Assembly: GCA_951406725.2 (NCBI GenBank)
Contig: OX597829.1
Location: 50,654,001 to 50,718,000, forward strand
Direction of reading: 5' to 3'
Length of the DNA stretch: 64,000 nt
Source: Octopus vulgaris
Taxonomy: Eukaryota
Part shown: positions 55,144 through 64,000 of the stretch, piece by piece
How positions within the stretch are numbered: position 1 is the stretch's first letter
Layout: each line of letters starts with the position of its first letter
Notes under the pieces: generated by a model
What the model was told of the DNA's origin: nothing
The model's database searches: none
What the model saw: only the letters and a program-made list of their open reading frames with translations
Program-made: the position numbers and the translations under genes

Positions 55144-55388
55144 ACAATACGTAGCTTCTTGCCATCGATGCAAGAAAGAGGCCATGGACATATTGTCACA
55201 ATTGGTTCCTGTTTGGGATTGATGGGAATCAACCAAACCAGTGCCTACGCAAGTTCCAAACATGCACTGACCGCTTTCTCAGAATCTCTGTCCTACATTG
55301 CTGAAAGTTCTGGATATACCGGTGTGAAGACAACAATGGTGTACCCTTTCCAAATTGACAACGAAATGTTTGCTGGTTGCATCAGCAG
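55144..55388 (+). CDS. DHRS3: Catalytic exon of the DHRS3-like SDR: TIRSFLPSMQERGHGHIVTIGSCLGLMGINQTSAYASSKHALTAFSESLSYIAESSGYTGVKTTMVYPFQIDNEMFAGCISR
   Basis: ttttcttgcag acceptor and AG|gtaaca donor; 245 nt, phase 0-2. Catalytic Ser (IGS) and YxxxK (YASSK) are intact. Exon boundaries correspond to those I recall for vertebrate SDR16C genes. Confidence 0.93.
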
Positions 55389-55639
55389 GTAACAAGGATT
55401 TAAAAAAAATTTTTTTTTCTTTCTTCTTTGTGTCTTGTGTTTGCTTTCTTTCAAATAACTTTAAAGAATTGTATAGATATAGGTTTCGGTGTGTGGTTCA
55501 GAAGCTTGCTTCATGACTTTATGATCTCGGGTTCAGTCCCACTGCACAGCACCTTAGGCAAGTGTCTTCTACTATAGCCCCAGGCTGACCAAAGCCTTGT
55601 CAGTTGATTTAGTAAACTAAGCTGAAAAACATATCATCA

Positions 55640-56500
55640 TCGTCATCATCATCATCGTTTAACATCCACTTTCCAGGCTGGCATGGGTTGGATGGTTTGA
55701 CATAGAGCTGGCTAGCAGGGAGCTATCCACACTCTGATTGTCTGTTTTAGCATGGTTTCTATGACTGGATACCCTTCCTAATGTCAACCACTTAACAGAG
55801 TGTACTGGGTGCTCTTTACATGCCACAAACACAGGTACATTTACACAGCACCATCATGGGTGCTTTTTAAGTAGAAAACAGCAATTTTATTTAGATTGAC
55901 GCATCTTATCAAGTACAGCAAATCACCACATCTCCTGGTCCCTTTTCATTTCCACAATGAGGCCCAGCATCCAAAGATCCTTTCTCACCAATTCATCCCA
56001 CATCTTCCTGTGTCTACCCCTTCCACAGGTTCCCTCCACAATTACATTTAATTCAGTAATAGCGAAACAATTGTCCCAAAATAATCTGTATTTTTGTTAT
56101 TTTTATTTGCCCTGTTCGTTTGAGCTAACAATCGGTAAGATAACAAAAGATAACTTCTTTACGCAGCTGTCCTCATCCACACACATCACATGACCAAACC
56201 AGTACAGTCTTCTCTCTTGCACACAACATCTGATTTCTCTTGTACCCAATTTTCCTCTTAAATCATTTACACTCTGTTATGTGTGTGTGCACACTGACAT
56301 TACCCATCCTGTGGAGCATGTTAGATTCATTCCTTTCAAGCCTTTGTAAGTCCTCTGTAGTCAAGGCCCATGTTTCACTGCCATGTAACATAGCTGTATA
56401 TACACAGACATCATACAATTTACCTTTCAATATGAGGGAAAGGCCCTTAGTTACCAACAAAGCCAGAAGCTCTCTGAACTTCAGCCAGCCTATATGTATA
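55640..56500 (-). mobile_element. RTE LINE 3' portion with (GAT)n tail; the same 3' UTR repeat recurs at about 7690-8000, 30000-30370, 41520-41800, 45300-45805, 53342-53630, 57310-57650 and 63577-63980
   Basis: WLKFRELLALLVTKGLSLILKGKLYDVCVYTAMLHGSETWALTTEDLQRLERNE; shared ggatgcccttcctaacgccaaccac motif. Confidence 0.82.
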
Positions 56501-58166
56501 TAATTTAATATAAATATATATATAAATGTCTCATACCTTGCTGTACTCAAGAAGACCCATGCTCCACAGCAGAAGTGTTAAGGCCACTCCACCCTGATGA
56601 AGAGGCCTGCAAGATCTCTGTGCTGGTGCTATATAAAAAGTACTCATGCCAGTGCCATGTAAAAAGCATCCAGTGTAGTGACACTGTTATAAAAACATTT
56701 ATTCATAAATTCAGGCAGATTAGTTTGTTAGCATTATGAAATATTCCTTTGGCGCGAAATGAGTTAGATCAATGAAATAATGTTAAAAAGTCTAGCGTCA
56801 TTGGTCAGTTTAACATATAGACAAAAACGACTTGAATTTTATCCATTCTTGTTCCAAAAATTAAGATTCAAGATGTTTCTAGAAACTGAAAGAACCTTCG
56901 GTAGAAGGATATATAAAAAAACAAAAATTTTAAGAGATTTTTAGTGATTTTGAGATGCTGCATGAATCTTTGTCACCCGATTGCTCCTTTTCGTCCTTTA
57001 TGCTATAAGTGAAAATTTTTCTATTTTGTTATTTCGTAATGTCACTTAGGCATTTAACAAATGGACTTATGTCATACTAAAATCCTTCCTTTTAATTAGT
57101 TAAGAATAGCAAACAAGCTAGCATAAATTAAATAATCTACTCTCTCATAGATTTAAAAGACATATTTGAATGCAAAATAATATAAGTTTTTTTTTATTAC
57201 CTGTCTACCTGCTTTGCCTTTACTGTGATATGTAAATTATAAAATAATATTTAACAAAAAATAAAGGATATTTTAAATGTAAAAAATTTTGGAACTTGTC
57301 CTTTTAAATCATCATCATCATCATCATCATTTAGCATCCGCTTTCCATGCTGGCATGGGTTGGACGGTTCAACTGGGGTCTGGGAAGCCAGAAGGCTGCA
57401 CCAGGCCCAGTCTGATCTGGCAATGTTTCTATGGCTGGATGCCCTTCCTAATGCCAACCACTCCATGAGTGTAGTGGGTGCTTTTTACGTGCCGCCAGCA
57501 CGGGGGCCAGGCGAGGCTGGCAACAGCCACGATCAGAAGGTGCTTTTTACGTGCCACTGGCACGGAGGCAGTCGGGGTGGCGCTGGCAATGGCCATGTTC
57601 GGATGGTTCTCTTATGTGCCACCGGCACTGGTATCACAGCTACGATTTCAATTGATGTTGATTGACTTTGATTTTGATTTTGTAAAGAATACTGCATGCA
57701 AAAATTGTATTTGCCAAATATCTGTTTTGACCAAACAATTGAACACCTTATAGACATCCTATATAGAACCCTTCTAAATTTAAGACATTGATATTAATAT
57801 CAATAATTTCTTTTTATAGTTTTGTTTGTTAAAAATATAAAGTAAATAAGTATAACTAATGGGGTAACCTTAGACACAATACTTTAATTAAATAGCCTTC
57901 TGGAAACAACTTATATACATGTAACTATGCTAAATGTAAAAAAAGGCATTTAAACACGAAGCCCCATAAAAGTAACACATAACAAACAATCTTATAAAAC
58001 CCAGCACATACTGGGAAGTGGTTGGCATTAAGAAGGACATCCAGCCATAGAAACCATGCCAAAACACACTGGAACCTGGTCCAGCTTTTCAGCTTGCCAG
58101 ATTTGGTCACACTGTCCAACTCAACGCTAGCATGGACAATGGACATTAAATAATGATGATGATGAT

Positions 58167-58213
<47 letters not shown>

Positions 58214-58648
58214 TTAATAAGGGTGGGAGAATTAGATACTAATTTAATAGTATACCCATTCAACACCAAGTGGCCCAGTGCACAAAGAAACCTGGATTAT
58301 AATAACATTTTATACATAAATATAAGAGAGTGGTCACTATGTGGCTCACACTTGCACTAGAAATAGATCCAATAGGTTTCAACCACAAAATAAATGTTTC
58401 CAATGAAAGTCAGCACGATTGTTAGCTCAAACGAACAGGACAAATAAAAATAACAAAAATACAGATTATTTTGGGACAATTGTTTCGCTATTACTGAATT
58501 AAATGTAATTTTACTCACATTAATTCACCTGTAGCTCCTCAGCCAAAACCATCTAAACATAATCTACTCAATCGCACGCCAGATTTTACCATAACGATAA
58601 ATACACGTGTGGTTCAGTCAATTCACATAGTGACCACTCTCTTATATT

Positions 58649-58694
<46 letters not shown>

Positions 58695-58751
58695 CAAAAA
58701 CGGTAAGATAACAAAAGAAAGAAAGAGACCTCAATATTATGTAAACAGAGG

Positions 58752-58967
58752 AAATTTATCTATAAAATAATATGTTACATTTACTCAATAGTCAAAATAA
58801 AACTCTGAGTTTCAGATGCCGAAGTGGAATTCCACAACACTCATTTACATGTTTTTCAGATGGCCAGATAACCGAAGAGATGGTGTTGTGGATTTCCACT
58901 TCGGCATCTGAAACTCAGAGTTTTATCTTGACTATTGAGTAAATGTAACATATTATTTTATAGATAA

Positions 58968-58972
<5 letters not shown>
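58752..58972. repeat. Inverted repeat (arms about 90 bp) between (TA)n tracts, with a hammerhead-like motif at 58866-58928 (+)
   Basis: agataa-CCGAAGA-gatg...gtggatttccac...catc-t-GAAA-ctcagag-TT-ttatct; 6-bp stem I, near-palindromic stem III. Confidence 0.75.
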
Positions 58973-59018
<46 letters not shown>

Positions 59019-60387
59019 GAACAAAAGATGAAGACAGGTGTATGAACAACAAACAGGTGTAGTATTTTGACACTTAGGAAAATGAAAAGGTCTTATACAT
59101 TTCAAACATATGCTCTTCAACAGAAAGGAATAAGAGAAATAAACAGAGAACATCATCATCATTGTCATCGTCATTGTCATCATCATCATCATCATCACTA
59201 TCATTATCATCATCAACATTGTCATCATCATAATCATCATCACCATTTTAACATCCACTTTTCCATGCTTGCATGGGTCACGTGGAGTTTATTGAGGCAG
59301 ATTTTCCCCAGCTGGGTGCCTTTCCTATTGCCAACCTTCACCTGTTTCCAAGCAAGGTAATAATTTCCCCTATGCTGCATGTGTGCGTGTGAGAGAGAGA
59401 GAGAGGGAGAGCGAAAGAGATTTTTGCCATTGTAGTTTCGCCCCAGGTTAGCTCTCTCCAAGAGATTTATGATCAATGCTATTCTTCAAGTGACAATACC
59501 ATTCCTCCAAAAGAATATTATCTTTTGCTTGTTTCAGTCATTAGACTGCAGTCATGCTGGGGCATTGTTATACTTATGATTACAATATCTAATGTGTCCA
59601 TAAGGCAGCGAGCTGGCAGAATCGTTAGCACACCGGGCGAAATGCTTAGTGGTATTTTGTCTGCCGCTACGTTCTGAGTTCAAATTCCACTGCGGTCGAC
59701 TTTACCTTTCATCTTTTCGGGGTTGATTAAATAAGTACCAGTTACACACTGGGGTCGATATAATTGACCTGATCCGTTTGTTTGTCCTTGTTTGTCCTTT
59801 TTGTGTTTAGTCCCTTATGGGTAGTAAAGAAATAGGTATTTCGTCTGTCTTTTCATTCTGAGTTCAAATTCCACCAAGGTCAACTTTTCCTTTCATCCTT
59901 TCAGAGTCGATAAATTAAGTACCAGTTGCATATTGGAGTCAATCTAATTGACTGGTACCCTCTCCAAAGATTTCTAATGCGTCCTGTTTTTACATTTTTT
60001 TAAGACAGGAGAATGTAATCTGAGGAAAATTCGGCTGGTATTTCTAGCAAGTCAAGCAATGATTCAGAGAGGCTCCTTCATTAGCTTGTTGTTGCTTACG
60101 ATGCTGATGTAAATGGAGCTACAGAGGTGTGTCGAATTGCTTGCGGTGTTCAGTAATGCATCGTATCTACTTATGTGCGTCAACATGCTTGCACATGTTT
60201 ACATACAGCTGCAGGAGTATGAGAGCATTCACGTATTTGAATGTTGGCATACATACATATATGCATATACACACACGATTTTGTATGTGCATGTATGCAT
60301 GTATATACGCATACATATAAGCACAAACAAATGCAAATATATACAAACATACATACAATCATGTGCTGATATGCAGAAACGTATGCT

Positions 60388-60418
<31 letters not shown>

Positions 60419-60482
60419 CTATATCTATATATGTGTGTGTGTGTGTGTGTGTGTCTGTCTGTCTGTCTGTATATATATGTGT

Positions 60483-60557
<75 letters not shown>

Positions 60558-61306
60558 ATATATTTTATCAATATATATATATATGCATGCATGCATGTAT
60601 GTATGTATGTATGTATGTATGTATGTATGTATGTATGTATGTATGTATGTATGAATGTATGTATGTATGTGTGTGTATGTATGTATGTATGTATGTATGT
60701 ATGCATGCATGCATGCGTGTATGTATGTATGTATGTGTGTGTATGTATGTATGTATGTATGTATGTATGTATGTATGTATGCATGCATGTATGTATGTAT
60801 GTATGTATGTATGTATGTATAGGCATGCAAATTCGTATGTCTTCGCGTGCCCAGAGGGTATCAATGCCCTGTGAAATATGAAATATGAAACACTAAAGTG
60901 CCTAGATGCAGAAATTAACGAACAAAAAAAAGAAGAAGAAGAAATGCTAATTAGTGAGACAATTAATGCCAAGGGAAGAAACAAGATTCTGAAATATAAT
61001 TGCTGGCATATTGGAAATATTAGAAATGGTAAGAAAGAAGACAACAACAAAAACAAACAAATACATCAACAAACATAAGTGATAATCCAGTGCCATTATT
61101 TTCTGACTTAAATTAAAGGCGGCAAGCTGGAAAATGCTTAGCAGTGTTTTATGGGGGTTTTACATTCTGAGTTCAAATTCTGCCAAGGTTCACATTCCTT
61201 TTTCATCTTTGCGGGGTTAATAAAATAAGCATGAATTCAGTACTGGGGTCGATGTAATTGACCTACCTCCACTCCTGAACTTGCTGGCCTTGTGCCAAAA
61301 TTTGAA

Positions 61307-61740
<434 letters not shown>

Positions 61741-61791
61741 TCATGCTTATTATTATGATTTATTATTTATTATTATTAATAATTATTATTA

Positions 61792-61839
<48 letters not shown>

Positions 61840-63164
61840 AAGGTGGTCAGTTAGTAGAATTGTTATCCTACTGGACAAAATGCTTAGCAGCGTTTGTTCT
61901 GTTCTTACAATCTGAGTTCAAATCCTCTCACGTCAGCCTTTGCCTTTCATCCTTCCAAGGTTGATGAAATAAATACCACTTCCACGCTGGGGTCATTGTA
62001 ATCAACTTACCTCCTCCTCTCCCTCCAGACTTCATTACTTTCTGCCTATAATAGAAAAGAATTATTAGCTGTTCAACTTTACTTTTCATCCTTTCAGGGT
62101 TGATAAAATAAGTACCAGTTGAGTACTGAGATCGATGTAATCGACTATTCCCCCTCCCCCAAATTTCAGGCCTTGTGCCTATAATAGAAAGGATTATTAT
62201 TATTGTTATTATTATTATTATTAGTAGTAGTAGTAGTAGCTGGCAGAATTGTTTGCATGCTGAACGAAATGCTTAGCGGTATTTCGCCTGTCACTATGTT
62301 CTGAGTTCAAGTTCCACTGAGCTTGACTTTTCATCCTTTCAGGGTCAATAAAATAAGTACCAGTTGAGTACTGAGATCGATGTAATCGACTATCCCCCTC
62401 CCCCAAATTTAAGGCCTTGTGCCTATAATAGAAAGGATTATTATTATTGTTATTATTATTATTATTATTAGTAGTAGTAGTAGTAGCTAGCAGAATTGTT
62501 TGCATGCTTGGCAAAATGCTTAGTGGTATTTTGTCTGTATCTACGTTCTGAGTCAACTTTGCCTTTCATCCTTTCGGGGTTGATAAATTAAGTACCAGCG
62601 AGTACTGGGGATGATGTGATTGACTATCCCCCTCCCCCAGATTTCAGGCCTTGTGCCTATAATAGAAAGGATTATTATTATTGTTATTATTATTATTATT
62701 ATTATTAGTAGTAGTAGTAGCTAGCAGAATTGTTTGCATGCTTGGCAAAATGCTTAGTGGTATTTTGTCTGTCACTACGTTCTGAGTCAACTTTGCCTTT
62801 CATCCTTTCGGGGTCGATAAATTAAGTACCAGTTGAGTACTGGAGATGATGTGATTGACTATCCCCCTCCCCCAAATTTCAGGCCTTGTACCTATAATAG
62901 AAAAGAATTACTAGCAGCTTATATTTAAGGTGGTGAGCTGGCAGAATCGTTGGCATGCCAGGCAAAATGCTGATAAGCATTACACTCATTTTCATGTTCA
63001 GAGTCCAAGAAAATATCCAGGTTAGTCAAGTTTGAGGAGCGTGAAGGCCAGTTGACATTGCTGTAGCGGGAGATTATTCTCTCTCCAAAGCACTGCCGTA
63101 GCAACTGTATTGTCTCTCTTGTGGTATGAGCAGTTGCCCCATCTTACTGGAACTATGTGTGAGG

Positions 63165-63540
63165 TCTACTTTGAATGGCCTTCACGTTCCCCGGACTTAA
63201 GTAGCCCAAATTTTTTCTTGTGGGGACACCTGAAAGAGAGGGTTTACATCAACAAACTGGAGACCCTGGTGCAACTGAAGGAGAACATCAATAGACAAAT
63301 CAGAGAAGTGGGGTCTGAAACTTTTGAGGGTCTAAAGTTTGGAAAGAGCACAGGCATGAAAAACCAAAAATGGTTGCCATTTAAGTGATGTCATTTTTCA
63401 TATGTGATGTGGTAGTGTTGCAAAATTTGACCATTTCCATTATGTCCTTTATATTGTATCAAATTTTCGTGCATTTATTTCTAAAGTTAAGGAAGTTATT
63501 AAAAATTGAAACCCATCAGTGACTTTTGGGACACCCTGTA
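63165..63540 (+). mobile_element. 3' part of a Tc1/mariner-superfamily transposon
   Basis: WPSRSPDLSSPNFFLWGHLKERVY...LKENI; terminal ttttgggacaccctg|ta. Confidence 0.75.
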
Positions 63541-64000
63541 TGTGTGTGTGTGTGTGTGCATGTGCATGTGCATAAATCATCATCATCATCATCGTCTAAC
63601 GTCCGTTTTCCATGCTAGCATGGGTTAGACGGTTCGACCAGGGTCTGGGAAGCCAGGAGGCTGCACCAGGCTCCAGTCTGATCTGGCAGAGTTTCTACAG
63701 CTGGATGCCCTTCCTAACGCCAACCACTCCATGAATGTAGAGGGTGCTTTTTACGTGCCACCGGCATATGTGCCAGGATAGGCTGGCAACAGCCACAAAT
63801 GGTTGGTGCTTTTTATGTGCCACCTACATGGAAGCCAGTCAAGGTGGCGCTGGCATCAGCCACGTATGGATGGTGCTTTTTACATGCCACCGGCACAGGT
63901 GCCAGGGTAGGTTGGCAACTGCCATGAACGGTTGGTGCTTTTTACGTGCCACCGGCACGGAAGCCAGTCACGGTGGCGTTATATATATATATATGTATAT

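Noticed and set aside
60085-60170. CpG-rich unique stretch with a minus-strand gtaagc donor
   Set aside because: There is no pyrimidine-rich acceptor and no recognisable peptide.

Overview
AT-rich, repeat-saturated eukaryotic DNA. The SINE, RTE and microsatellite repertoire looks like a coleoid cephalopod, probably Octopus (inference from repeat style, not a database match). The only well-supported host gene is a plus-strand SDR16C-family short-chain dehydrogenase most like DHRS3/retSDR1. Three internal exons are visible (11125-11247, 13643-13783, 55144-55388), with a 41.4-kb intron between the last two; the first and last exons were not found in the window. The introns hold tRNA-derived SINEs, RTE and R4/Dong-like LINE fragments, Tc1/mariner relics, TTAA-flanked MITEs, Helitron-like ends and decayed Penelope-like (GIY-YIG) elements. 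The most striking unannotated signal is a set of short elements, mostly sitting in (TA)n tracts and often folded into long inverted repeats, that carry type I hammerhead ribozyme motifs. These motifs show natural covariation of the core 3-8 pair (C-G, U-A, A-U) and other core variants. Also seen: two locally templated insertions into LINE relics, a chain of frame-compatible cryptic exons inside the large intron, and an AP-1-motif minisatellite. Most long ORFs in the supplied track are microsatellite artefacts.
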